Source: an uncultured Buttiauxella sp.
GTDB lineage: Bacteria; Pseudomonadota; Gammaproteobacteria; Enterobacterales; Enterobacteriaceae
Direction of reading: 5' to 3'
Length of the DNA: 24,000 nucleotides
Assembly (NCBI GenBank): GCA_965119215.1
Contig: CBCPKK010000005.1
Coordinates: forward strand, 246,208-270,207
Every line of letters begins with the position of its first letter. The first letter of the stretch is position 1. The position numbers and the translations under genes were made by a program. Below are positions 7,668 to 16,528 of this stretch, piece after piece. The notes below the pieces were generated by a model, which was not told the DNA's origin, ran no database searches, and worked only from the letters and a program-made list of their open reading frames with translations.

Positions 7668-8525
7668 ATGCCAGCAAGGACTCTGCCCGCCGAACAGCGT
7701 TTTTTTGCCGAACTTCTCAGCGGTGTGGTGCTCAATCCCAACCAACTTAAACGCTGCTGGTTTGCGCGCCAGCAGCTAACGGCTCCGGCAGGCAGCTACA
7801 GCATTAAATATCCTCGCCTTGAAGTGGTGTTACGCGGGGAATATGGCAATTTGTTGGATGCTGCGCAAAATGTATTAGTGCAGGGCGAGTTACTGTTTAT
7901 TCCGGCCAATGGCGTGAATCAGCCCGCCTGGAACAAAGATGTTTTGCTGCTGGGGATTGTGTTTGCGCCCGCTTATTTAAGCCTGTCATTTCATGATAAA
8001 CGTGTGGACCAGCAGGGTTTTCAGCGCGTGCGTAAGTGCGAAGTTCCTTACCAGAACCACAGTGAACTGGTGCATTTGCTTCAGGCTCTCGCCAGTCTTG
8101 GGGCGAATCCGGACGACCAGGAAATTATCCAGCCGCTGTGCCTGAGTTTATTGCAGTGCTGCCGCAAAATTTTGACTGAACCCACAGCCGATAAACTGGC
8201 TCGCGGGCCGTTTCTTTACCAGAGCATTTGCACCTGGATTCAGGATAATTACGCGCGTGATGTCACCCGTGAAAACACCGCAACACTGTTTAACATCACG
8301 CCGAATCACGTATCGAGATTGTTTCAGCAGCAGGGTAGCATGGGATTCGTGGATTACTTGCGTTGGGTACGAATGGGCAAAGCGAAGATGATTTTGCAAA
8401 AATACCATCTGACTATCCATGAAGTCGCGCGACGCTGTGGTTACCCGGACGGCGACTATTTCAGTCGCCTGTTTAAACGGGAGTTTGGCGTCACGCCTGG
8501 TGAGTACCGCGATCGCTTTCTTTAA
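7668..8525 (+). CDS. ypdC: AraC-family transcriptional regulator, positional equivalent of E. coli YpdC (convergent with fryA)
   Basis: 285 aa from MPARTLPAEQRFF... The C-terminal AraC double HTH reads LFNITPNHVSRLFQQQ...IHEVARRCGYPDGDYFSRLFKREFGVTPGEYR. The length and the position convergent to fryA match K-12 ypdC as I recall. The SD at the chosen ATG is weak, so the start is less certain. Confidence 0.8.
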   Translation: MPARTLPAEQRFFAELLSGVVLNPNQLKRCWFARQQLTAPAGSYSIKYPRLEVVLRGEYGNLLDAAQNVLVQGELLFIPANGVNQPAWNKDVLLLGIVFAPAYLSLSFHDKRVDQQGFQRVRKCEVPYQNHSELVHLLQALASLGANPDDQEIIQPLCLSLLQCCRKILTEPTADKLARGPFLYQSICTWIQDNYARDVTRENTATLFNITPNHVSRLFQQQGSMGFVDYLRWVRMGKAKMILQKYHLTIHEVARRCGYPDGDYFSRLFKREFGVTPGEYRDRFL

Positions 8526-11017
8526 AACTGCAGCTCGCTTTCCAGCAAACTCAGCATATCTTCGGTATTGCTCGCAGCAAATAAAGACTGACGGAAGGCT
8601 TTGTTCACCAGTTTACGGGCCAGTTGTGAAAACACTTTAACGTGATTCATGCCTTCGTTTGCGCCAAGCGTCAGCATAATCACCAGCTCGACTTCACCCA
8701 TGTCAGATTCCCAGTCAATAGGCTGCGGTAAGCGGGCAATGCTAATGCTGGAATGCTGAATATGGGTCGATTTGGTGTGCGGTATCGCCACGCCAAACCC
8801 CACTGCGGTGGTGACGATTTCTTCCCGCTGCCAGATATCTTCTTCCAGCGCTTGTGGATTATTAGTGCGCCCCTGAACAGCCAGATTGCCGCACAGGTAT
8901 TGAATCACCTGCTCTTTGCGTGTGAACGTGGCGGGGATAATGATATTTTCCCGTGCCAGCAATGGCTTGCTTTGTTGCGGCAGGGCAAACGCGTCCAGTT
9001 GCTGTTCAATTTGCTCGCTGGAGCGGCATTCACAAACCCGCGTTGCCAATTCCCGACACGCGCTCAAATCTAGTTGGCGCAACAGTGTTTTTGCCGCTGG
9101 AATGCGCGTGCTGCTCATGCTGAATTCATCCACGCCCAGGCCGAGTAACAGTGGCAGATAGCGTGTCTCGCCGCCCAGTTCACCGCAAATCCCAACCCAA
9201 CGGTTACGCTTGTGCGCCACCTCAATAATCTGCCGTAACATGCGTAAAAATGACGGCGTGATCGGGTTATAAAGGTGTGCAACGCGAGGGTTATTTCTGT
9301 CCACCGCATATAAATACTGCGTCATATCGTTCGAGCCAATGCTGAAGAAATCGACCTCATCGCAGAAGTGGTCAATGATGAAACACACCGAAGGGACTTC
9401 AATCATGATCCCTAATTCAATCGACGAAGCGTGGCGTAAACCCTCTTCCTTCAATGCCGCAATCGCTTTTTTAAGCTGCTGTTTCACCCATAAAATTTCA
9501 TCCAGCGTATGCACCATAGGGATCATCAACCGCGCATTGCCCCATGCCGCCGCACGCAAAATAGCGCGCAATTGCTGGGTAAATAAATCGGTAAATTCAG
9601 GGTAAATACGCACCGCGCGGTAGCCGAGGAACGGGTTTTCTTCTTCACCGATATTCAGGTAGCTGATTTTTTTATCACCGCCGATATCCATGGTGCGGAA
9701 AATCACCGGGCGGGAGCCTGCATCGAGCAAAACTTGTTGATACGCTTCAAATTGTTCCTGTTCGTCCGGTGCGCTATCGCGGTCCATATACAGCATTTCG
9801 GTGCGAAACAGGCCAACGCCTTCTGCGCCGTTGGCAAAGGCCGCCGCCGCTTCCAGTGGGCTGCCAATATTTGCCGCCAGTTCTATTGCTACGCCATCGC
9901 AGGTTTGTGCTTTCAAACCCACGGTTTCAAGCTGGCGTTGTCTTTGCCGTTCGGCTAAATCTCTGGCGACCTGATAATAACCGCACACGGGTTCATCCGC
10001 CTGCGTCACCAGCACGCCGCCGTTGGCATCAATAATGACGGACTCACCGGACAGATACTGCACCTGCGCAGTTTCTATGCCAGCCAGTACGGGAATGCCT
10101 GCCGCTCGCGCCAGTATCAGCGTGTGCGAAGTGCGCCCGGTTTTTGCCAGCACCATGCCTTGCAACCATTGCTTATCGAGATTTAAAAACTGACTTGGGG
10201 TAATGTCATCCGCCACCAGAATCGTTGGCTCAAGCAAGATGATAGCTTTGCCCACCGCCACTTGCGGGTAGGCAATTTGCAGCAGGCGCACCGTAATATC
10301 CTGAATATCAGACACTCGCTCGCGCAGATATTCGCTGGCAGACTGCGCCAGCTTGTTACAGACCTCATTCATGTTTTCAATTGCTGCCGCGCCAAGGCTC
10401 AGGCGGTTTTGTGTCATCTGGCGGCGAATATTTCCGGCAAATTCACTGTCCTGGATTAACGATAAATGCGCGTTAATAATCGGCCGACTTTTCCCATCCA
10501 GCACCGTGAGTTGCAGATTAAGTTGCTCGGCAAGCGTTGCCAGGCTGTGTTCAAGTAAGGTGCTGTCTTGCACACAAGCGGGTTGCTTACTGTAGCCATC
10601 AAGGCTGGTGGGGCGGAATATCATCAGTTGGCCTTCACCAACGCCAGGTGCGATGCCGCTGCCATAAATCAGTGTTGGGTTCAGGCGCAGTAATGAGCGG
10701 GGAAGGGGATGACTGTTGTCGGGCATTTCCGCCTGAATTTCACTGTCGCTATCGGCAAAACGGTGCTGGATATACGGCTCCAGTGTGCGCCAGGCTTTCT
10801 CTTCATCTGCCCCTTTGATTTCAAGGCTGCAAAGATCGTTAAACAACGTACCGGTGCTGATCAACGCCAATGAACTTTTCGCATCAGCTTGCTGGTTCAA
10901 GCGATGGTTAACAAAAGTAATCTCGCTGGAAAACGCGGTGCACTGTTCTTTTAATTCCCAGGCCGGACGCGCATGCAGGCCGTTAGGCAATGGGCAGATA
11001 AATTCAATTTTGAGCAT
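8522..11017 (-). CDS. fryA: Multiphosphoryl transfer protein of a fructose-like PTS (HPr-like + Enzyme I + EIIA-Fru/Ntr type)
   Basis: 831 aa. N-terminal HPr-like MLKIEFICPLPNGLHARPAWELKE. EI phospho-His region KTGRTSHTLILARAAGIPV plus the PEP-utilising C-domain (GSNDMTQY). C-terminal EIIA with GFGVAIPHTKS. GGAG SD upstream of the ATG at 11017. Confidence 0.92.
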   Translation of the reverse strand: MLKIEFICPLPNGLHARPAWELKEQCTAFSSEITFVNHRLNQQADAKSSLALISTGTLFNDLCSLEIKGADEEKAWRTLEPYIQHRFADSDSEIQAEMPDNSHPLPRSLLRLNPTLIYGSGIAPGVGEGQLMIFRPTSLDGYSKQPACVQDSTLLEHSLATLAEQLNLQLTVLDGKSRPIINAHLSLIQDSEFAGNIRRQMTQNRLSLGAAAIENMNEVCNKLAQSASEYLRERVSDIQDITVRLLQIAYPQVAVGKAIILLEPTILVADDITPSQFLNLDKQWLQGMVLAKTGRTSHTLILARAAGIPVLAGIETAQVQYLSGESVIIDANGGVLVTQADEPVCGYYQVARDLAERQRQRQLETVGLKAQTCDGVAIELAANIGSPLEAAAAFANGAEGVGLFRTEMLYMDRDSAPDEQEQFEAYQQVLLDAGSRPVIFRTMDIGGDKKISYLNIGEEENPFLGYRAVRIYPEFTDLFTQQLRAILRAAAWGNARLMIPMVHTLDEILWVKQQLKKAIAALKEEGLRHASSIELGIMIEVPSVCFIIDHFCDEVDFFSIGSNDMTQYLYAVDRNNPRVAHLYNPITPSFLRMLRQIIEVAHKRNRWVGICGELGGETRYLPLLLGLGVDEFSMSSTRIPAAKTLLRQLDLSACRELATRVCECRSSEQIEQQLDAFALPQQSKPLLARENIIIPATFTRKEQVIQYLCGNLAVQGRTNNPQALEEDIWQREEIVTTAVGFGVAIPHTKSTHIQHSSISIARLPQPIDWESDMGEVELVIMLTLGANEGMNHVKVFSQLARKLVNKAFRQSLFAASNTEDMLSLLESELQF

Positions 11018-11040
11018 AAGTTACTCCAGTTCGCAGAACA

Positions 11041-12081
11041 TCAACGCGAGAAATCCTTCAGGCGATCTACATTTTGGCGAGTTAACTGTTTAATCAGTGC
11101 CACCAGAAGTTGGTGGGTGTGCTTTAAGTCGTTTATATCAGCAATGGAGGCGGCGCAGTGGCCGTGGCGCGTTGGTGGCCCGACAACAACCGTCGGAATA
11201 CCCAAGCCGGAAAGATGAATACTGCCGCCATCAGTACCGCCGTTGCTGAACATATCGCGCTGCAATGGAATGGCATTTTCTTTTGCTACTTGCTCAACCT
11301 GTTGCGTGAGGCGCGGGGAGGGGATCATGGTTTTATCGTACATCACCAACATCGGCCCTTTGCCTATCTGGCGGTGGTTGGCTGAGCCATAATCAAAATT
11401 CTTCGCCCAACAGGCGGTGTCCAGCACTACTGCAATATCAGGGTTTAACAGGCGCGTAGCTGTTTGCCCGCCGCGTAAACCGACTTCTTCGCTGGATGTT
11501 GCAACCAGCCAGACTTCAGCATTAAGCGGCGCATCATGCAGTTCGCGCAACAGTTCCAGCAAATGCCAGCAGCCTAGACGGTCGTCGAAAGCTTTGCCCA
11601 TAATGCGCCCGTTTGGCTGCTCGCTAAATGGGGTATTGAAGGTGACATAATCGCCAGGGTTGATGCCTGCCAGCTCAACTTCTTCTGCGCTTATCGCACC
11701 AATATCTACACGGAGATTGCTAATTACGCCGTTGTTGCTGTCGCCGTCCAGCAAGCCCGCGATTTTTTTGCCTGCACGCGTGGTGATGCGCACGGGCTGC
11801 AAGGTGCGGGCGGTCATTCGCACATTACCAATCGGAATAACGTCGATAGCCCCTTCGCGGCTGATGCTGCGCACCATAAAACCTACTTCGTCCATATGCG
11901 CACAAATCATAATCTTCGGACCTGAGGATTGATTCAGGCGAATCAACGTCGAACCGAGTCCATCAAACTGTACTTCTTTATCGTAATGGCGCGCCTGTTG
12001 CAGCAGAATATCGCGCACTTCTTGTTCTGATGATGCAATGGCATCTGCTTCGCTTAATGCTTTTAACAATGACAAATCCAT
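11041..12081 (-). CDS. ypdE: M42-family aminopeptidase
   Basis: 346 aa. [24 protein letters not shown]..., [22 protein letters not shown] and [10 protein letters not shown] are metal-ligand motifs of the M42 (FrvX/YpdE) family. The start shares one nucleotide with the ypdF stop (TGATG). Confidence 0.9.
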   Translation of the reverse strand: MDLSLLKALSEADAIASSEQEVRDILLQQARHYDKEVQFDGLGSTLIRLNQSSGPKIMICAHMDEVGFMVRSISREGAIDVIPIGNVRMTARTLQPVRITTRAGKKIAGLLDGDSNNGVISNLRVDIGAISAEEVELAGINPGDYVTFNTPFSEQPNGRIMGKAFDDRLGCWHLLELLRELHDAPLNAEVWLVATSSEEVGLRGGQTATRLLNPDIAVVLDTACWAKNFDYGSANHRQIGKGPMLVMYDKTMIPSPRLTQQVEQVAKENAIPLQRDMFSNGGTDGGSIHLSGLGIPTVVVGPPTRHGHCAASIADINDLKHTHQLLVALIKQLTRQNVDRLKDFSR

Positions 12082-13166
12082 CAGGCAACCCCTGTAAACA
12101 GCAGTGTTTTTGGCATGGTGTAGAGCACTTCACAACCCGTTTCGGTCACCAGAATGACGTCTTCAATGCGTACGCCGCCTTCGCCAGGGAGATAAATTCC
12201 CGGTTCAACGGTGAGCAGCATTCCTGGTTTGAGTAGCGTGGTGTCGCCTGGTGAGAAACGTGGATTTTCATGAACGTCGATACCAATGGCATGGCCGGTG
12301 TTGTGGCCGAAATGGTGGCTGTGTCCGGCCGCATTGATGATGCTGCGTGCGGTGTTATCAACGGTGTTGCAGGCAATACCTGGGCGAATGGCTGCAATTG
12401 CCGCTAATTGGGCTTCGAGCACCGTCTGGTAAATATCAAACAATGGATGCTCTTGTGGTTGGCGGTACTTTCCTGAAACTAAAAAAGTACGCGTCATATC
12501 GGAACAGTACCCCTGGTGTTGGGCGCCGAAATCCAGTGTGACTAATTCACCGCTTTCGATGATTTTTTCTGAGGCTTTGCCGTGAGGAAGTGCGCCACGC
12601 AAGCCGCTGGCAACAATGGTATCGAACGACGCTTTTTCTGCGCCACACTGGCGCATAAACCATTCAAGCTCGGCAGCAACCTCTCTTTCCCGCATGCCGG
12701 GCTGGATGAATTTCCGAATATGCTCGCACGCCCGATCGGCTATTTCGCAGGCGGCTTTTATCTTGTTAATTTCATCCACGGTTTTAATCTGGCGAAGCTC
12801 GTCAAGCGTGATGCTGTGCAGCTGCGTGGCTAATGCTTCGCGCAGTTGATTACCGGTTTGCCAGGTGACCTGGTCGCCTTCAAAACCGATATGTCGCAAC
12901 CCTTCTTCTTTGATCAACCGATTTACGATAGACACCACGTTGTGGGTGGCATCCAGCAAATGCAGTTGGTAGCCCTGAACGCGCCCGGCAATATCGGCAT
13001 GGTAGCGGGAATCGACCATAATATGCGCATGCTGGCGCGTCACGAATACATAACCGGAGGAGGTTGAAATCCCCAGATAGGGCTGTTTGCTGGCCCGCGA
13101 AGAGATCAATACGGCGTCGAGCTTTTGTGTTTGAAGCCAGGTTTTGAGTGGCGCGAGTTGTGACAT
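12081..13166 (-). CDS. ypdF: M24B-family Xaa-Pro / methionine-type aminopeptidase
   Basis: 361 aa with pita-bread fold motifs [35 protein letters not shown] and GGVRIED. It has the same length and operon position as K-12 YpdF. Confidence 0.9.
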   Translation of the reverse strand: MSQLAPLKTWLQTQKLDAVLISSRASKQPYLGISTSSGYVFVTRQHAHIMVDSRYHADIAGRVQGYQLHLLDATHNVVSIVNRLIKEEGLRHIGFEGDQVTWQTGNQLREALATQLHSITLDELRQIKTVDEINKIKAACEIADRACEHIRKFIQPGMREREVAAELEWFMRQCGAEKASFDTIVASGLRGALPHGKASEKIIESGELVTLDFGAQHQGYCSDMTRTFLVSGKYRQPQEHPLFDIYQTVLEAQLAAIAAIRPGIACNTVDNTARSIINAAGHSHHFGHNTGHAIGIDVHENPRFSPGDTTLLKPGMLLTVEPGIYLPGEGGVRIEDVILVTETGCEVLYTMPKTLLFTGVA

Positions 13167-13199
13167 AAATCCCCATTGCTATTGCTGGTGGATATCAAT

Positions 13200-13265
13200 G
13201 ACCCCCTCCCAACCTCCCCCTTGTCAGGGGGAGGAGCTAAAAGACATAAGGGTTGGGGTGGGGTC
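13200..13265. repeat. REP-like nested palindromic element in the fryC-ypdF intergenic spacer
   Basis: Inner perfect 8-bp hairpin cctccccc (13213-13220) / gggggagg (13227-13234) with loop ttgtca. Outer arms gaccccctcccaacc (13200-13214) and ggttggggtggggtc (13251-13265) match 13/15 as an inverted repeat. The C/G-tract style resembles extragenic palindromes common in Klebsiella/Enterobacter-like genomes. Confidence 0.5.
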
Positions 13266-13278
13266 TGTCTGGTTTTCG

Positions 13279-14526
13279 TTAAATCGTATCAATAATCAGC
13301 TTTCCACGGCGGTGCAGGCTGTTACGAATCAACACCGCCAACAGCGCCGTCACAATCGCCCCGACAGCAATACCCGCGATATACCCGCCAAGATTGGTGA
13401 CCAACGGCCAGGCCCAGATTGCTGATTCCGGGAACCATTGCACCGCGCCCAATGCGACTGCGGTCGTTGAACCGGCAATTGCGCCAATCATGTAGGCAGG
13501 GAGTGCCGAGAAGGGGTTTTCCAGTAAGAACGGGATAGCGCCTTCGCTGATACCCATGAAGGCCAGGAACATCGCCGTTTTACCCTGCGGATAAAGCTGT
13601 GGGCTGAACAGGCGTTTCCCCGTGAGGCGGTAGTCAATCAGGGTTGCCAGGCCAAGGCCGATTGGCGGTACAACAATCGCTACCGCACGCGAGGTAATCG
13701 GCAGCACATGGTCAGTGGTAAAGCCCAGCGCCACAAAACCAGCGGCTTTGTTGATGGGGCCGCCAAGGTCAATGGCGGTTGCGGCGGATAAACCAATGGC
13801 ATACATCAATGAGCCTGCATTGCCTGCTGACAGCAGAACATGGCGCATACCGGCATTGATCCAGCCGCCAATTGGCGTGATCACGTAGTACATCGCCAGC
13901 ATTACAAAAAGCGCTGAGAGAATGGGAATCAAGAAGGTGCTTTTAAACGCCAGCAAATAGTGTGGCAGGTTGATTTTGGTATTCAGCCATTTCACCAGAT
14001 AACCGGCAGCAATCGCGATAATCAGTGCGCCGATGAAGGTGGATGGAACAGGCTTCGAGGCCACCCACTGCAATGTCTCGTTATTGAAGCTCAGGAACAA
14101 AGTGGGTTGCGTGGAAACCAGCCCGCCAATAAAACCTGCAGGGAATGCCAGCTTGCCGCCGATAGAGTTGGCAACAAACGCGGCAAACATCGGAATAGCG
14201 AAGCTAAATAACAGCCCACCGAACGATTCCGTCAGATAAGCAAACTTGAGTACCGACAAATCAAAACCGGAAAATTTGCCGCTGTTTAGTGCATCCATGA
14301 TGCCGGTATCTGGCGGGATTTCGAGCCAGACATAGGCAATAAGTTGTGAGATGGCGAGGATCACCCCACCCATAATCAGCGTTGGCACCATGCGTGAAAT
14401 ACCGGACATCACATGCTGCGGCAGTTCGCCCCAAAAATTCGAGCGGCTGGTGGAGGCGGGTTTTAGCGCCAGGGTATCGCCTTGTGGAGTGGAGGCGACG
14501 GTCGCACTCCGTTTCTTAATTGCCAT
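13279..14526 (-). CDS. fryC: PTS fructose-like EIIC permease component
   Basis: 415 aa polytopic membrane protein (MAIKKRSATV...NFWGELPQHVMSGISRMVPTLIMGGVILA...), typical of the EIIC-Fru family. It has the same length and position as K-12 FryC. Confidence 0.9.
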   Translation of the reverse strand: MAIKKRSATVASTPQGDTLALKPASTSRSNFWGELPQHVMSGISRMVPTLIMGGVILAISQLIAYVWLEIPPDTGIMDALNSGKFSGFDLSVLKFAYLTESFGGLLFSFAIPMFAAFVANSIGGKLAFPAGFIGGLVSTQPTLFLSFNNETLQWVASKPVPSTFIGALIIAIAAGYLVKWLNTKINLPHYLLAFKSTFLIPILSALFVMLAMYYVITPIGGWINAGMRHVLLSAGNAGSLMYAIGLSAATAIDLGGPINKAAGFVALGFTTDHVLPITSRAVAIVVPPIGLGLATLIDYRLTGKRLFSPQLYPQGKTAMFLAFMGISEGAIPFLLENPFSALPAYMIGAIAGSTTAVALGAVQWFPESAIWAWPLVTNLGGYIAGIAVGAIVTALLAVLIRNSLHRRGKLIIDTI

Positions 14527-14550
14527 CTCATAACCCCATTGATTTGATTA

Positions 14551-14880
14551 TTATTGTTGTTCGGCTGCAATCATCTCTTCGATATCACGCAGGGTTCCTG
14601 CCGCGTTTTTAATCGCATCTTGCAGCGTGATTTCGTATACATCACGGCTTTCAAAACGTTCGTTATCTTCCGGTGTGATTGCGATGGCGTGAATGATGAT
14701 ATCGGCCTGTGCAATGTCCTGAGCCGTCAGGCGATTCTGAATACCGTCAGCACCTTGCGTTTCAATTTTGACTTCGTAACCTGCCTCTGTTGCTGCATCT
14801 TCCAGCGCCTGAGCCGCCATAAAGGTATGTGCCAGACCCATTGGACAGGCGCACAGTGCAATCAGTTTTTTCTTCGTCAT
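14551..14880 (-). CDS. fryB: PTS fructose-like EIIB component
   Basis: 109 aa. MTKKKLIALCACPMGLAHTFMAAQALE carries the EIIB-Fru phospho-cysteine motif (CPxGxAHT). GGAG SD upstream. First gene of the operon. Confidence 0.9.
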   Translation of the reverse strand: MTKKKLIALCACPMGLAHTFMAAQALEDAATEAGYEVKIETQGADGIQNRLTAQDIAQADIIIHAIAITPEDNERFESRDVYEITLQDAIKNAAGTLRDIEEMIAAEQQ

Positions 14881-15089
14881 GAGTTATCTCCAGGATGATG
14901 TTGATGCTGCGATTATGGCGGTTAAAAATTCATCCTGTTTACCAGATAAATAATGCAATCGCTGGATAATTAATTCATGAATGGCAAAGTGTGATTGAAG
15001 TCTGCTTATCGCAAAAACGTATGAATGAAGGGGAAATTGAGAGGATTACGCTTGCGGGGGCAGGCGTGGGTAAAGGGGAGGAGTAGCGT

Positions 15090-15560
15090 TCAGCTAATCA
15101 AACTTGCATCTATCTTCGCCACAATTTTCCTGAGCGCAGCAGGTTCATTTAACGTCGTCATTGGGCGATGAAGCTCACCGGGGAAAAGAATCGCCAGGTC
15201 ACCCGGCAGCAGTTTTATCAATGTTTCGCAGCCCATGCCTTGGTAGAAACCGATGTCATTTTGCTCGTCAAATTCACCGTCTGTCAGCTGTTGCTGTTCT
15301 ACGGGGGCGGCACCGATAATCTCTACGCCTTCCAGCACGATGTGCACATCAATGTAGCGGGCGTGCAGCTCCGGGCGCTGTTCTTCCAGAGGTTTGGTGT
15401 TGCCATCAAACACGGAAAAATAGATCAGTTCGCCTTCAATCGGGTATTTGCCGTTGGCGAGTTGTTGGGGTTGGTTGGCAATTATCGCCTGTAACGCCTG
15501 ACGAATAACCTGCGGATACACTGGGTTATGAGCCGCGTTGTCGAGTTTATCAATAATCAT
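15090..15560 (-). CDS. YhcH/YjgK/YiaL-family (DUF386, EbgC-like cupin) protein
   Basis: 156 aa. RPELHARYIDVHIVLEGVEIIG and LFPGELHRP align with E. coli YiaL (RPEVHRRYIDIQFL...FFPQDVHRP) as recalled. GGAGGAAAT SD upstream. It lies 9 nt downstream of the IdnO-like gene in the same operon. Confidence 0.85.
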   Translation of the reverse strand: MIIDKLDNAAHNPVYPQVIRQALQAIIANQPQQLANGKYPIEGELIYFSVFDGNTKPLEEQRPELHARYIDVHIVLEGVEIIGAAPVEQQQLTDGEFDEQNDIGFYQGMGCETLIKLLPGDLAILFPGELHRPMTTLNEPAALRKIVAKIDASLIS

Positions 15561-15569
15561 ATTTCCTCC

Positions 15570-16334
15570 TCACACCGCAACCAGCATGCCGCCATCAACA
15601 AACAGCAGATGGCCATTCACGAAGTTCGATGCTTTGGATGACAGGAATACCGCCGCACCAATCAATTCTTCCGGGTCGCCCCAACGCGCTGCTGGCGTGC
15701 GCTTGCACAACCACTGAGTGAACGCCTCGTCATCGACCAGCGATTTGGTCATCTCCGTTTTGAAATAACCTGGTGCAATACCGTTAACCTGGATGTTGTA
15801 GCGTGCAAGCTCAACGCACATGCCACGGGTCAACATTTTCACTGCGCCTTTTGCTGCGGCATACGGCGTAATGGTGTCGCGCCCCAACTCGCTTTGCATG
15901 GAGCAAATATTGATGATTTTCCCGGACTGGCGTTTCATCATGCGGCGCGCAACGGATTGCGAAACTAAAAACACCGCCGTCTGGTTTACGGCAATAATAT
16001 CGTTCCATTCGTTAACCGGAAATTCAGTAAACGGGTGGCGGCGCTGAATACCGGCATTATTTATTAATATGTCGATTGGCCCGATTTCTTGTTCAATATT
16101 CTCGATGGCTGTTTCAACGGCATCAGGGTCGGTAACATTAAATGCTGACGTCCAGGCGGTATAGCCGCTGTCGCGTAATTTCATGGCCGCATGTTCGGCG
16201 CGCTCAGCGGTAATATCATTGATAATAATTTCCGCACCGTGCTCTGCCAGCCCTTGCGCTAATAAAAAGCCTATACCTTGTGCCGAGCCAGTAATTAATA
16301 CGCGTTTATTATCGAGCGTAAATAAATTCGTCAT
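15570..16334 (-). CDS. idnO: SDR-family gluconate 5-dehydrogenase / 5-keto-D-gluconate 5-reductase (IdnO-like)
   Basis: 254 aa, nearly colinear with E. coli IdnO as recalled (ITGSAQGIGFLLA, NNAGIQRRHPFTEFP, NICSMQSELGRDTITPYAAAKGAVKMLTRGMCVELAR, GHLLFVDGGMLVAV). Contains the TGxxxGxG and YxxxK motifs. Confidence 0.9.
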   Translation of the reverse strand: MTNLFTLDNKRVLITGSAQGIGFLLAQGLAEHGAEIIINDITAERAEHAAMKLRDSGYTAWTSAFNVTDPDAVETAIENIEQEIGPIDILINNAGIQRRHPFTEFPVNEWNDIIAVNQTAVFLVSQSVARRMMKRQSGKIINICSMQSELGRDTITPYAAAKGAVKMLTRGMCVELARYNIQVNGIAPGYFKTEMTKSLVDDEAFTQWLCKRTPAARWGDPEELIGAAVFLSSKASNFVNGHLLFVDGGMLVAV

Positions 16335-16402
16335 GATGAATTCCTGTTATTGCTGCGTAGTATTTAATACCTCCTATCAAAGCGGTTCGCGCCATTCAAA
16401 AC

Positions 16403-16418
16403 TGTGAAGTAGATCACT
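16403..16418. promoter_or_regulatory. Candidate CRP-binding site in the divergent idnO-like / regulator intergenic region
   Basis: tgtga-agtaga-tcact matches the TGTGA-N6-TCACA consensus at 9/10 core positions. It sits 69-84 nt upstream of the idnO-like ATG. Confidence 0.45.
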
Positions 16419-16528
16419 ACGAATCGTGTTACGCCCGCATGATACCTGGAGTGTGAAGCGCGGCGGCTTTTCTTTTGTTGAGGATGCGGGGCATAATCAC
16501 TTTTCTGCGGGGTTATCAGGAAAGCCAG

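Noticed and set aside
8148-11218. Many 60-106-aa ORFs opposite or out of frame within ypdC and fryA
   Set aside because: They are nested in well-supported genes, with no RBS and no motifs.
14984-15006. tgtgattgaagtctgc upstream of fryB as a CRP site
   Set aside because: Only the left half (TGTGA) matches; the right half tctgc is poor. It is weaker than the 16403-16418 site.
15049-15083. G-rich segment after the DUF386 gene (hairpin cgcttgc-gggg-gcaggcg, then ggggaggag) as a possible second copy of the 13200-13265 repeat or a terminator
   Set aside because: It shares only the 9-mer ggggaggag with the REP-like element. The 7-bp hairpin has a G-U pair and no U-tail on the transcribed (minus) strand. 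This is insufficient for either call.
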